A stretch of DNA of 64,000 nt, from contig RDEW01000034.1 in the NCBI GenBank assembly GCA_011109175.1, positions 584,126 to 648,125 on the forward strand, written 5' to 3'. Positions 36,924 through 51,929 of this stretch are shown piece after piece. The DNA comes from Dicyema japonicum. Its lineage: Eukaryota; Animalia; Dicyemida. The number at the start of each line of letters is the position of its first letter. Positions within the stretch are counted from its first letter, which is position 1. A program made the position numbers and the translations under genes. The notes beneath the pieces were generated by a model that ran no database searches, was not told the DNA's origin, and worked only from the letters and a program-made list of their open reading frames with translations.

Positions 36924-39745
36924 TTAGATTATTAATAATTTGATTGATTGGGTTCTCTAAATAAAAGGATTTATTAAAATAATTTTTGACTGAAACTAAC
37001 AGTTAACAATAATTGATGCTCTGGTAATTGAGAACGCATTTCCTAATAATTTGCATGGTAATGTGCTCAATGGTCAGCTTTTTTCTCTTCAAAAAATTTT
37101 TCTTTCAGATCTAATTTGTTTGGGTTTTGTCGAAGTCACGTGGAGAATTTCCGAGGCCAAATTCTGATTTTTGAGATCAATTACCTGTTTTTCATTTACT
37201 GACACGACCTTATCCTCAAAACTCTGATTAGATACAGCGAGAAACCGGGCTTGTCGCTATGGAAGAAATTCTGTTCGTCGATTCCATGCCGAATGTTAGC
37301 CCAAATTGTTGATCCTCTCAGAGGAGACCGAGACCATGCTGCTCTTCGTAGAAGACCAGTCGATCGATAATGTTGATTTTTTTAAAAATTATTTAGAGTT
37401 TAATAAAAAAAACATTGAGCCAGTTTTGGGACTCAGTCTACCTTAGATAGAAATACTCTGGAATCCCATTTGAAGGATATTTCACCGCAACAATTTGGGA
37501 AACCTCGAGCAGGCACAAACGGGAGTTTATATAGACTGAAAATGATAATATTGAGTGCATGTTGGCCTCCTCACTGGGATTATCACTCAAAGGGAGAATA
37601 ATCTTACAATTTTCTTATTATTATCCAGAATTTTCAAGGTTAGGTCATCCTTGCAGTCGATCTTAAGTGGACTACATTATTTGGAGAATTAATCAACATT
37701 TTGGCTTCTTCGTTCCATTTAGGGTTCCCATCACTTGCTGAATCGCTTGCTGTACTGAATCTTTTCCTGCCGACTCCAAAAACTCAAGAAAAGTTTCTCA
37801 CACATTTAATATTGTCATAAATTTGCAACCTTCTTTTCGTTTTTCTTTGATTGTTTAAGACTTCCTTTTTGCCATTCAACAGTTTGTAAATTAGAGGTTT
37901 GTTCACATGTTCATGTTAAATTAATTAAATTATTCCAAAGACCAAGGATAAGCAAACTAACTAACTCCTTGATCCTGACTCGTTCCACCGTTCCAGAACT
38001 TGTTTCCAGGCAACGACACAGAAGAGGAGTCGTTGACCTGAAACCCATCCGTTTCTTCCTCATCAAAGTTACCTGGAACGTCACTGAACTGATTTATTGA
38101 TTGATTGCTGTAACCAAATCTTCCTTCCTCGATAGTGCTCATTTCATATTTATACTTTACCAACATGCACTCCAGCGTCCTCTTGAGACAACGGATTGAA
38201 TGTATGTAGTTTGAGCTCTCTAGCAAATAAATCGTACTTATTCAACTTTTTTACTTCAGTGTGCTTCAATAATCCTTGAGAAGTAAAACTCCTTTTAAAC
38301 ACAACTAAACTGAAATAATCATCTATCTCATTCATCATCCTCACCATTCTCAGCAAATATTTTTAGATTATCAATAATAGTAAGTGATTGGTTGTATACG
38401 TCATCAATGATTAATGACTTTGGGATATAGACAATTTTGGAAATTTATTATTTAGAATTATGCTTAAAGGATCCGTGACAAACACAAATAGCCGGAAAGA
38501 CAACGAATCTCCTTGCAATATACCACAATTTAATTTAACTATTCCATTCCTTGTTGAAATTTAGAATAACTTTCCACTGGCTTATCAGATTTTTCACAAA
38601 CCTTCCAATCCACATTGGGAAGCAGAAAACTCAGAACATGGAGAGAAAGCATTGGTCCACAGAGTCGTACGCCTTCTTTAAATAAATCCACGAAGCGAAT
38701 AGTTTGTTTCCATAATCATTGTTTATGCATTGATTTATTAAAGCTCGTTCTTTCGCCCCTTGACACATCCTCCTTGCTCCATGCTTTTGCAAAACTGACA
38801 TACAAGGACTCACGTGAAATTCGTATTATTATAATATATTTATTCCTGATTGTTTTTAATTAGTTAAATGTTTATTTAATGATCTTGGTTGTTTTACTGT
38901 GGTCTTGAGATTTAATTAAATAAAATTTTATTTTTCATGTGAAAACAATTTATTACGTAACAAGACAATCAAAATAATCCACTTGATTGATGAAATGGAT
39001 GTTTCTTTTGACAACTGCCAGAGAAATCCTTTGGAACAACTATTCGATTTCCCGACTCTCATTCTTCACTTTGGAAATCATTGACCCAAGCGATTTTAGA
39101 AAAGAGGCGTCTTGGCTCCACTCGTCTAGACAACAACGGGTTGTACATGGAATCTGAATGAGAGGCTATCTTATTTTTTTATCTTGAAATTATTAAAAGT
39201 ACAAGCAGCCTCCCCAAATGAAAATTTATTATGAAATTATTAATTAAAAGACAGTTGTTATTAATTAAAGTTAATTAATTTAAAGTCATGAAAAAATCAC
39301 TTTTATGATCTACAAGTATTAAGCACGGTCTTTTTATGATATTCACACAAAATGGAAAACCGCCAGAAGAACGGTGTTTTCGAAAATTTGTTGGTTCCCG
39401 AGAGACACTGGGAAAAGATGAGAATATTGCTGAGAAGCCAGGATCAGCTGATGGCGTTTGTATTTTAATTATTGTTTACCTTGTGATTTATGACTTAATA
39501 ATAATAGATTGGAATACTATTTAAAAAACGATAGTGGAATGACCACTCAGATTATAATGGTATCAGCATCCAAGTATTTTAAAAAGCGTTCTCAAAAGAC
39601 ATACCACCATCGGGATTGTAAAAATGATATTAATTCAGATTCTAAATTTATGTAAATTTATTAAGGAAGTAATAAATGCTTGTTCGCAGAAAAAATTCCA
39701 AGAAATTAATAAATCATATAAATACTCAATTTCAGTAAAACTCAA

Positions 39746-40583
39746 ATGTTCTGGTTTTTAGTAATTGTGTTAGGAATAATAGAAATTTGTATTACATTTT
39801 ATAATAATAGCATTACAACAATACACACCATACCCTATGAAGTGAAATTTGATAATTTCCCAGTAATTTACTTTATTAACAATTAGGAGACGAGATAGAA
39901 ATTTTGTCATACGGTCAAATGTGTCATTAATGTTCAGGCATTAGGAGAAGTTATGACTATAACCGAAGAGAATATTAATCCTGAACTTACCATAACAATA
40001 AGGTAATACAACAATTAATTCTTTTAGTCGTGGTCAAGAAAATTGTGATTACAGAGATAGTATTTTAACGGTAACAGTGCTACCAGATGCTGAAGTATAG
40101 ATAATTTATATTAATAGATCTTGACTGGAAAAATATTAAAATGTCTGTTAAAAAATATTTTGCGAGGAAAAGAAGTAATAGACCCTCAACCCCGAGATTT
40201 TGATATACTACAGGACGAAAGTGGATGGTTAATAATGTAATATCATTTTAGCGCAAGAATATTATCCGATGAACAAGTTATATTCCTTCAAGAGATAAAC
40301 AAAGCAAATTTTTTGAATAGAATTGTAGGTTAATAAATTTTTAATATTAGAACAACCTACTGTTACGACCACCAGTACAACCACTACTCCTATTCCTCCT
40401 GATGATGATGACATGGACACAGATGAGCAAAAAGATATCCATGAAGATTCTGAAAACTTAACCACCAAAGATCGCAGTAATATTGGAATAAATTGTATAA
40501 TTATAATATATTTAGCATTCAATATTATTCATTTCCTGAATGCTTTAATTATTATTGGAGTTATCATTCAATTAGATTATTAA
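39746..40583 (+). CDS. Array surface-protein gene, unit 4 (frameshifted; QLDY C-terminal variant)
   Basis: ATG 39746, TAA 40581-40583. A 1-nt deletion in exon 2 (~39841) gives an early TGA. Confidence 0.8.
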
Positions 40584-43367
40584 TAATTTGATTGGATTGG
40601 GTTCTCTAAATAAAAAGATTTATTAAAATTAATTTTGACTAAAACTAACAGTTAACAATCATTGGATGCTCTGGTAATTGAGAACGCATTTCCTTGATGA
40701 TTTGCATCGTAATGTGCTCAATGGTCAGCTTTTTTCTCTTCAAAAATTTTTCTTTCAGATCTAATTTGTTTGGGTTTTCGAAGTCACGTGGAGAATTTCC
40801 GAGGCCAAATTCTGATTTTTGAGATCAATTACCTGTTTTTCATTTACTGACACGACCTTATCCCTCAGAAAACTCTGATTGGACACAGCGAGAAACCGGG
40901 CTTGTCGCTATGGAAGATATTTTGTTCGTCGATTCCATGGCCGAATGTTTGCCCAAATTGTTTAAATTCTCAGAGAAGACCGAAACCGTGCTGTTCTTCG
41001 TAGAAAACCAGTCGATCGATAATTTTGAGTTTTTTTAAAAATTATTTAGAGTTAAAAAAGCATTGAGCCAGTTTTGGGACTCAATCCACCTGAGATAGAA
41101 ATACTCTGGAAACCCAGTATTTAAAGGATATTTCACCACAACAATTAGAAACACCCTGAACAGCACAAACGGGAGTTTATTTAGACTGAAAATGAAAATA
41201 TTGAGTGCCTGTTGTTTTCCTCACTGGGATTATCACTCAAAGGGAGAATAATCTTCAATTTTCTTATTATTATCCAAATTTTTCAAAGTTAGGTCATTCT
41301 TGCAGTCGATCTTTAGTGGACTACGTTATTTGGAGAATTTATCAACATTTTGGCTTCTTCTTTCCATTTAGAGTTCCCATCACTACTGAATCGCTTGCTG
41401 TACTGAATCTTTTCCTGCCGACTCCGAAAACAAAAGAAAAGTTCTCACACATTTAATGTTGTCATAAATTTGCAACCTTCTTTTCGTTTTTCTTTGATTG
41501 TATAAGACTTTTTTGCCATTCAACAGTTTGTAACTTAGAGGTTTGTTCATATGTTCATGTTAAATTAATTAAATTATTCCAAAGACCAAGGATAAGCAAA
41601 CTAACTAACTCCTTGATCCTGCCTCGTTCCACCGTTCCAGAACTTGTTTCCAGGTAACGACACAGAAGAGGAGTCGTTGACCTGAGACACATCCGTTTCT
41701 TCCTCATCAAAGTTATTTGGAACGTCACTGAACTGATTTATTGATTGATTGCTGTAACCAAATCTTCCTTCCTCGATAGTGCACATTTCATATTTATACT
41801 CTACCAACATGCTCTCCAGCGTCCTCTTGAGGACAACGGATTGAATGTATGTAGTTTGAGCTCTCTAGCAAATAAATCGTACTTATTCAATTTTTTACTT
41901 CAGTGTGCTTCAATAATCCTTGAGAAGTAAAACTCCTCTTAAACACAACTAAACTAATAGTCATCTATCTTATTCATCATCCTCACCATTCTCAGAAATA
42001 TTTTTAGATTATCAATAATAGTAAGTGATTGGCTGTATACGTCATCAATGATGAATTACTTTGGGATTTAGACAATTTTGGAAATTTAAATTTTAGAATT
42101 TTGCTTAAAGGATCCATTACTAACACACAAAGAATCTCCTTGCAATATACCACGATTTAATTTAACGAACCCAATCTTTCCTGTTGAAATATCGAATAAC
42201 TTTCTAATGGCTTATCAGACTTTCACAAACCTTCCGATCCACATTGGGAAACAGAAAACTCAGAACATGGCAGAGAAAGCAATAGTCCACAAAGTTGTAC
42301 GCCTTCTTTAAATCAAATCCACGAAGCAAATAGTTTGTTTCCATAATGACTGTTTATGCACTGATTTATTACAGCTCGCTCCTTTGCCCCTTGACATATC
42401 CTCCTTGCTCCCATGTTTTGCGAACTGACATACAAGGTCTCACGTGAAATATATATTATATTTATTCCTGATTGTTTTTAAGGGTTAAATGTTTATTTAA
42501 TGATCATGGTTGTTTTACTTTGGTCTTGAGATATTAATTAAATAAAATTTTATTTTTCATGTGAAAACAATTTATTACGTAACAAGACAATCAAAATAAT
42601 CCACTTGATTGATGAAATGGATGTTTCTTTTGACAACTGCCAGAAAAATCCTTTGGAACAACCATTCGATTTCCCGACTCTCATTCTTCACTTTGGAAAT
42701 CATTGACCCAAGCGATTTTAGAAAAGAGGCGTCTTGGCTCCACTCGTCTAGACAACAACGGGTTGTACATGGAATCTGAATGAGAGGCTATCTTATTTTT
42801 TTATCTTGAAATTATTAAAAGTAAGAGCAGCCTCCCCAAATGAAAATTTATTATGAAATTATTAATTAAAAGACAGTTGTTATTAATTAAAGTTAATTAA
42901 TTTAAAGTCATGAAAAAATCACTTTTATGATCTACAAGTATTAAGCACGGTCTTTTTATGATATTCACACAAAATGAAAAACCGCCAGAAGAACGGTGTT
43001 TTCGAAAATGTGTTGGTTCCCGAGAGACACTGGGAAAAGATGAGAATATTGCTGAGAAGCCAGGATCAGCTGATGGCGTTTGTATTTTAATTATTGTTTA
43101 CCTTGTGATTTATGACTTAATAATAATAGATTGGAATACTATTTAAAAAACGATAGTGGAATGACCACTCAGATTATAATGGTATCAGCATCCAAGTATT
43201 TTAAAAAGCGTTCTCAAAAGACATACCACCATCGGGATTGTAAAAATGATATTAATTCAGATTCTAAATTTATGTAAATTTATTAAGGAAGTAATAAATG
43301 CTTGTTCGCAGAAAAAATTCCAAGAAATTAATAAATCATATAAATACTCAATTTCAGTAAACTCAAT

Positions 43368-43698
43368 GGCGGTGGCTTAGTGGTTAGGTGTCGGGCTTAA
43401 GTGGCTTAGGCTACGGGTTCGAATCTCGCTTGCTGTTCACCTTGGTGGAAGGTTCACGCATCTACGATGCAGAAATGGTTTGACGAGTGACGCCGTCATC
43501 AGTGAATACTCACTGCGGAACTGATTTGTCTAGAAAGGACACTCACACAAGAAAAAGAAAAAAAGAAGTGAAGATCATTCCTTGGTTCTACGATTAGTTA
43601 AAATTAACTGTTCTTTACTTAAATAAAGTGTGTGTCCTGCTATGCGGAGCTATAAAATACTATGGCTCTCGTGAAAAGGCTTTATTATTATTATTATT
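43368..43698 (+). mobile_element. Second copy of the tRNA-derived SINE at the identical site in unit 5
   Basis: Near-identical to 35754-36085, with the same TSD and the same tail length. Confidence 0.9.
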
Positions 43699-43711
43699 AG
43701 TAAAAACTCAA

Positions 43712-44539
43712 ATGTTCTGGTTTTTAGTAATTGTGTTAGGAATAATAGAAATTTGTATTACATTTTATAATAATAGCATTACAACAATACACACCATACC
43801 CTATGACAGTGAAATTTGATAATTTCCCAGTAATTTACTTTATTAACAATTAGGAGACGAGAAGAAATTTTGTCATACCGGTCAAAATGTGTCATTAATG
43901 TTTAGGCTTAGGAGAAGTTATGACTATAACCGAAGAGAATATTAATCCTGAACTTACCATAACAATAAGGTAATACAACAATTAATTCTTTTAGTCGTGG
44001 TCAAGAAAATTGTGATTACAGAGATAGTATTTTAACGGTAACAGTGCTACCAGAAGCTGAAGGTATAGATAATTTATATTAATAGATCTTGACTGGAAAA
44101 ATATTAAAATGTCTGTTAAAAAAATTTTTGCGAGGAAAAGAAGTAATAGACCCTCAATCCCGAAAATTTGATATACTACAGGACGAAAGTGGATGGTTAA
44201 TAATGTAATATCATTTTAGCGCAAGAATATTATCCGATGATCAAGTTTTATTCCTTCAAGGGATAAACAAATCAGATTTTTTGAATAGAATTGTAGGTTA
44301 ATAAATTTTTAATATTAGAACAACCTACTGTTACGACCACCAGTACAACCACTACTCCTATACCTCCTGATGATGATGACATGGACAAAGATGAGCAAGA
44401 AGATATCAATGAAGATTCTGAAAAATTAACCACCAAAGATCGCAGTAATATTGGAATAAATTGTATAATTATAATATATTCAGCATTCAATATTATTCAT
44501 TTCCTGAATGCTCTAATTATTATTGGAGTTATCATTTAA
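43712..44539 (+). CDS. Array surface-protein gene, unit 5 (frameshifted, SINE upstream)
   Basis: ATG 43712, TAA 44537-44539. A 1-nt deletion at the start of exon 4 (GCTTAGGA) creates a TAG. Confidence 0.8.
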
Positions 44540-47366
44540 TTAGATTATTAATAATTTGATTGGATTGGGTTTTCTAAATAAAAGGATTTATTAAAATAAT
44601 TTTGACTAAAACTAACAGTTAACAATTATTGATGCTCTGGTAATTGAGAACGCATTTCCTTCAATAATTTGCATGGTAATGTGCTCAATGAGTCAGCTTT
44701 TTTCTCTTCAAAAATTTTTCTTTCAGATCTAATTTGTTTGGTTTTTGTCGAAGTCACGTGGAGAATTTCCGAGGCCAAATTCTGATTTTTGAGATCAAAT
44801 ACCTGTTTTTCATTTACTGAGACGACCTTATCCCTCAGAAAACTCTGATTAGACACAGCGAGAAACCGGGCTTGTCGCTATGGAAGAAATTCTGTTCGTC
44901 GATTCCATGGTCGAATGTTTGCCCAAATTGTTTATCCTCTCAGAGGAGACCGAGACCATGCTGCTCTTCGTAGAAGACCAGTCGATCGATAATGTTGATT
45001 TTTTTAAAAATTATTTAGAGTTAAAAAAACATTGAGCCAGTTTTGGGACTCAATCTACCTTAGATAGAAATACTCTGGAATCCCACCATTTGAAGGATAT
45101 TTCACCGCAACAATTAGGGAAACCCTGAGCAGGCACAAACGGGAGTTTATATAGACTGAAAATGATAATATTGAGTGTCTGTCGGCCTCCTCACTGGGAT
45201 TATCACTCAAAAAGAGAATAATTTTACAATTTTCTTATTATTATCCAGAATTTTCAAGGTTAGGTCATCCTTGCAGTCGATCTTAAGTGGACTACATTAT
45301 TTGGAGAATTAATCAACATTTTGGCTTCTTCGTTCCATTTAAGGTTCCCATCACTTGCTGAATCGCTTGCTGTACTGAATCTTTTCCTGGCGACTCCAAA
45401 AACTCAAGAAAAGTTTCTCACACATTTAATATCGTCATAAATTTGCAACCTTCTTTTCGTTTTCTTTGATAGTTTAAGACTTCCTTTTGCCATTCAACAG
45501 TTTGTAACTTAGAGGTTTGTTCACATGTTCATGTTAAATTAATTAAATAATTCCAAAGACCAAGGATAAGCAAACTAACTAACTCCTTATCCTGTCTCGT
45601 TCCACCGTTCCAGAACTTGTTTCCAGGCAACGACACAGAAGAGGAGTCGTTGACCTGAAACCCATCCGTTTCTTCCTCATCAAAGTTACCTGGAACGCCA
45701 CTGAACTGATTTATTGATTAATTGCTGTAACCAAATTTTCCTTCTTCGATAGTGCTCATTTCATATTTATACTCTACCAACATGCACTACAGCATCCTCT
45801 TGAGACAACGGATTGAATGTATGTAGTTTGAGCTCTCTAACAAATAAATCGTACTTATTCAACTTTTTTACTTAGTGTGAATCAATAATCCTTGAGAAGT
45901 AAAACTCCTCTTAAACACAACTAAACTGAAATAATCATCTATCTCATTCATCATCCTCACCATTCTCAGCAAATATTTTTAGATTATAAATAATAGTAAG
46001 TGATTGGCTGTATACGTCATCAACGATTAATTACTTTGGGATATAGACAATTTTGGAAATTTAAATTTTAGAATTTTGCTTAAAGGATCCATTACTAACA
46101 CACAAAGCCGGAAAGACAGCGAATCTCCTTGCAATATACCACGATTTAATTTAACGAACCCAATCTTTCCCTGTTGAAATATCAGATAACTTTCCAATTG
46201 CATATCAGACTCTTCACGAACCTTCCAATCCAAATTGGGAAACAGAAAACTCTGAACATGGCAGTGAAAGCAATAGTCTACAAAGTTGTACGCCTTCTTT
46301 AAATAAATCCACGAAGCGAATATTTTGTTTCCTTAATCACTGTTTTTGCACTGATTTATTACAGCTCGCTCCTTCGCCCCTTGACATATCCTCCTTGCCC
46401 ATGCTTTTGCAAAACTGACATACAAGGTTTCACGTAAAATTCGTATTATTATAATATATTTATTCCTGATTGTTTTTATTGGATTAAATGTTTATTTAAT
46501 GATCTTGGTTGTTTTACTGTGGTCTTGAGATGTTAAATAAATAAAATTTTATTTTTCATTTGAAAACAATTTATTACATAACAAGACAATCAAAATAATC
46601 CACTTGATTGATGAAATAGATGTTTCTCTTGACAACTGCCAGAGAAATCCTTTGGAACAACCATTCGATTTCCCGACTCTCATTCTTCACTTTCGAAATC
46701 ATTGACCCAAGCGATTTTAGAAAAGAGACGTCTTGGCTCCACTCGTCTAGACAACAACGGGTTGTACATGGAATCTGAATGAGAGGCTATCTTATTTTTT
46801 TATATTGAGAGTATTGAAGGTAGAGCAGCCTCCCCAAATGAAAATTTATTATGAAATTATTAATTAAAAGACAGTTGTTATTAATTAAAGTTAATTAACT
46901 TAAAGTCATGAAAAAATCACTTTTATGATCTACAGGTATTAAGCACGGTCTTTTTATGATATTCACACAAAATGGAAAACCGCCAGAAGAACGGTGTTTT
47001 CGAAAATTTGTTGGTTCCCGAGAGACACTGGGAAAAGATGAGAATATTGCTGAGAAGCCAGGATCAGCTGATGGCGTTTGAATTTTAATTATTGTTTACC
47101 TTGTGATTTATGACTTAATAATAATAGATTGCAATACTATTTAAAAAATCGATAGTGGAATGACCACTCAGATTATAATGGTATCAGCATCCAAGTATTT
47201 TAAAAAGCGTTCTCAAAAGACATACCACCATCGGGATTGTAAAAATGATATTAATTCAGATTCTAAATTTATGTAAATTTATTAAGGAAGTAATAAATGC
47301 TTGTTCGCAGAAAAAATTCCAAGAAATTAATAAATCATATAAATACTCAATTTCAGTAAAACTCAA

Positions 47367-48193
47367 ATGTTCTGGTTTTTAGTAATTGTGTTAGGAATAA
47401 TAGAAATTTGTATTACATTTTATAATAATAGCACTACAACAATACACACCATACCCTATGAGAGTGAAATTTGATAATTTCCCAGTAATTTACTTTATTA
47501 ACAATTAGGGAGACGAGAGAAATTTTGTCATACCGGTCAATATGTGTCATTAATGCTTAGGCATTAGGAGAAGTTATGACTATAACCGAAGAGAATATTA
47601 ATCCTGAACTTAGCATAACAATAAGGTAATACAACAATTAATTCTTTTAGTCGTGGTCAAGAAAATTGTGATTACAGAGATAGTATTTTAACGGTAACAG
47701 TGCTACCAGATGCAGAAGTATAGATAATTTATATTAATAGATCTTGACTGGAAAAATATTAAAATGTCTGTTAAAAAATATTTTGCGAGGAAAAGAAGTA
47801 ATAGACCCTCAATCCCGAAATTTTGATATACTGCAGGACGAAAGTGGATGGTTAATAATGTAATATCATTTTAGTGCAAGAATATTATCCGATGATCAAG
47901 TTTTATTCCTTCAAGGGATAAACAAAGCAGATTTTTTGAAAAGAATTGGAGGTTAACAAATTATTAATATTAGAACAACCTCCTGTTACGACCACCAGTA
48001 CAACCACTACTCCTATACCTCCTGATGATGATGACATGGACACAGATGAGCAAAAGATATCCATGAAGATTCTGAAAAATTAACCACCAAAGATCGCAGT
48101 AATATTGGAATAAATTGTATTATTATAATATATTCAGCATTCAATATTATTCATCTCCTGAATGCTCTAATTATTATTGGAGTTATCATTTAA
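47367..48193 (+). CDS. Array surface-protein gene, unit 6 (best-preserved copy; one 1-nt deletion in the last exon)
   Basis: Exons 47367-47409, 47432-47484, 47509-47535, 47561-47625, 47651-47717, 47741-47850, 47875-47951 and 47974-48193. Introns are 22, 24, 25, 25, 23, 24 and 22 nt, all GT-AG, and frame is kept at every junction. Only one A is missing, from the run at ~48052. Confidence 0.9.
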
Positions 48194-51031
48194 TTAGATT
48201 ATTAATAATTTGATTGGATTGGGTTCTCTAAATAAAAGGATTTATTAAAATAATTTTGACTAAAACTGACAGTTAACAATAATTGATGCTCTGGTAATTG
48301 AGAACGCATTTCCTCCAATAATTTGCATGGAAATGTGCTCAATGGGTCAGCTTTTTTCTCTTCAAAACTTTTTCTTTCTGATCTAATTCGTTTGGGCTTT
48401 ATCGAAGTCACGTGGAGAATTTCCGAGGCCAAATTCTGATTTTTGAGATCACATACCTGTTTTTCATTTACTGACACGACCTTATCCCTCAGAAAACTCT
48501 GATTAGACACAGCGAGAAACCGGGCTTGTCGCTATGGAAGAAATTCTGTTCGTCGATTCCATGGCCGAATGTTTGCCCAAATTGTTGATCCTCTCAGAGG
48601 AGACCGAGACCATGCTGCTCTTCGTAGAAAACCGTCGATCGATAATGTTGATTTTTTTAAAAATTATTTAGAGTATTAATTTAAAAAAAAAACATTGAGC
48701 CAGTTTTGGGACTCAATCTACCTTAGATAGAAATACTCTGGAATCCAACCATTTGAAGGATATTTCACCGCAACAATTTGGGAAACCCCGAGCAGGCACA
48801 AACGGGAGTTTATATAGACTGAAAATGATAATATTGAGTGTCTGTCGGCCTCCTCACTGGGATTATCACTCAAAAAGAGAATAATTTACAATTTTCTTAT
48901 TATTATCCAGAATTTTCAAGGTTAGGTCATCCTTGCAGTCGATCTTAAGTGGACTACATTATTTGGAGAATTAATCAACATTTTGGCTTCTTCGTTCCAT
49001 TTAGGGTTCCCATCACTTGCTGAATCGCTTGCTGTACTGAATCTTTTCCTGGCGACTCCAAAAACTCAAGAAAAGTTTCTCACACATTTAATATTGTCAT
49101 AAATTTGCAACCTTCTTTTCGTTTTCTTTGATTGTTTAAGACTTCCTTTTTGCCATTCAACAGTTTGTAACTTAGAGGTTTGTTCACATGTTCATGTTAA
49201 ATTAATTAAATTATTCCAAAGACCAAGGATAAGCAAACTAACTAACTCCTTATCCTGTCTCGTTCCACCGTTCCAGAACTTGTTTCCAGGCAACGACACA
49301 GAAGAGGAGTCGTTGACCTGAAACCCATCCGTTTCTTCCTCATCAAAGTTACCTGGAACGCCACTGAACTGATTTATTGATTAATTGCTGTAACCAAATC
49401 TTCCTTCCTCGATAGTGCACATTTCATATTTATACTCTACCAACATGCTCTCCAGCATCCTCTTGAGGACAACGGATTGAATGTATGTAGTTTGAGCTCT
49501 CTAACAAATAAATCGTACTTATTCAACTTTTTTACTTAGTGTGAATCAATAATCCTTGAGAAGTAAAACTCCTCTTAAACACAACTAAACTGAAATAATC
49601 ATCTATCTCATTCATCATCCTCACCATTCTCAGCAAATATTTTTAGATTATCAATAATAGTAAGTGATTGGCTGTATACGTCATCAATGATTAATTACTT
49701 TGGGATATAGACAATTTTGGAAATTTAAATTTTAGAATTTTGCTTAAAGGATCCATTACTAACACACAAAGCCGGAAAGACAACGAATCTCCTTGCAATA
49801 TACCACGATTTAATTTAACGAACCCAATCTTTCCTTGTTGAAATTTCGAATAACTTTCCAATGGCTTATGAGACTCTTCACAAACCTTCCAATCCACATT
49901 GGGAAACAGAAAACTCAGAACATGGCAGAGAAAGCAATGGTCCACAAAGTTGTACGCCTTCTTTAAATAAATCCACGAAGCGAATATTTTGTTTCCATAA
50001 TGACTGTTTATGCACTGATTTATTACAGCTCGCTCCTTCGCCCCTTGACATATCCTCCTTGCTCCATGCTTTTGCGAAATTGACATACAAGGACTCACGT
50101 GAAATTCGTATTATTATAATATATTTATTCCTGATTGTTTTTAATTAGTTAAATGTTTATTTAATGATCTTGGTTGTTTTACTGTGGTCTTGAGATGTTA
50201 ATTAAATAAAATTTTATTTTTCATGTGAAAACAATTTATTACGTAACAAGACAATCAAAATAATCCACTTGATTGATGAAATGGATGTTTCTTTTGACAA
50301 CTGCCAGAAAAATCCTTTGGAACAACCATTCGATTTCCCGACTCTCATTCTTCACTTTGGAAATCATTGACCCAAGCGATTTTAGAAAAGAGGCGTCTTG
50401 GCTCCACTCGTCTAGACAACAACGGGTTGTACATGGAATCTGAATGAGAGGCTATCTTATTTTTTTATCTTGAAATTATTAAAAGTACGAGCAGCCTCCC
50501 CAAATGAAAATTTATTATGAAATTATTAATTAAAAGACAGTTGTTATTAATTAAAGTTAATTAATTTAAAGTCATGAAAAAATCACTTTTATGATCTACA
50601 AGTATTAAGCACGGTCTTTTTATGATATTCACACAAAATGGAAAACCGCCAGAAGAACGGTGTTTTCGAAAATTTGTTGGTTCCCGAGAGACACTGGGAA
50701 AAGATGAGAATATTGCTGAGAAGCCAGGATCAGCTGATGGCGTTTGTATTTTAATTATTGTTTACCTTGTGATTTATGACTTAATAATAATAGATTGGAA
50801 TACTATTTAAAAAACGATAGTGGAATGACCACTCAGATTATAATGGTATCAGCATCCAAGTATTTTAAAAAGCGATCTCAAAAGACATACCACCATCGGG
50901 ATTGTAAAAATGATATTAATTCAGATTCTAAATTTATGTAAATTTATTAAGGAAGTAATAAATGCTTGTTCGCAGAAAAAATTCCAAGAAATTAATAAAT
51001 CATATAAATACTCAATTTCAGTAAAACTCAA

Positions 51032-51868
51032 ATGTTCTGGTTTTTAGTAATTGTGTTAGGAATAATAGAGATTTGTATTACATTTTATAAAATAGCACTA
51101 CAACAATACACACCATACTCTATGGAAGTGAAATTTGATAATTTCCCAGTAATTTACTTTATTAAAAATTAGGGAGACGAGATAGATTTTGTCATCGGTC
51201 AATATGTGTCATTAATGTTCAGGCTCTAAGAGAAGTTATGACTATAACCGAAGAGAATATTAATCCTGAACTTACCATAACAATAAGGTAATACAACAAT
51301 TAATTCTTTTAGTCGTGGTCAAGAAAATTGTGATTACAGAGATAGTATTTTAACGGTAACAGTGCTACAAGATGCTGAAGTATAGATAATTTATATTAAT
51401 AGATCTTGACTGGAAAAATATTAAAATGTCTGTTAAAAAATATTTTGCGAGGAAAAGAAGTAATAGACCCTCAACCCCGAGAATTTGATATACTACAGGA
51501 CGAAAGTGGATGGTTAATAATGTAATATCATTTTAGCGCAAGAATATTATCCGATGAACAAGTTTTATTCCTTCAAGGGATAAACAAATCAGACTTTTTG
51601 AATAGAATTGTAGGTTAATAAATTTTTAATATTAGAACAACCTACTGTTACGACCACCAGTACAACCACTACTCCTATACCTCCTGATGATGATGACATG
51701 GACACAGATGAGCAAAAAGATATCCATGAAGATTCTGAAAAATTAACCACCAAAGATCGCAGTAATATTGGAATAAATTGTATTATTATAATATATTCAG
51801 CATTCAATATTATTCATTTCCTGAATGCTCTAATTATTATTGGAGTTATCATTCAATTAGATTATTAA
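51032..51868 (+). CDS. Array surface-protein gene, unit 7 (frameshifted; QLDY variant)
   Basis: ATG 51032, TAA 51866-51868. Exon 3 is 25 nt instead of 27. Confidence 0.8.
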
Positions 51869-51929
51869 TAATTTGATTGGATTGGGTTCTCTAAATAAAA
51901 AGATTTATTAAAATAATTTTTGACTAAAA

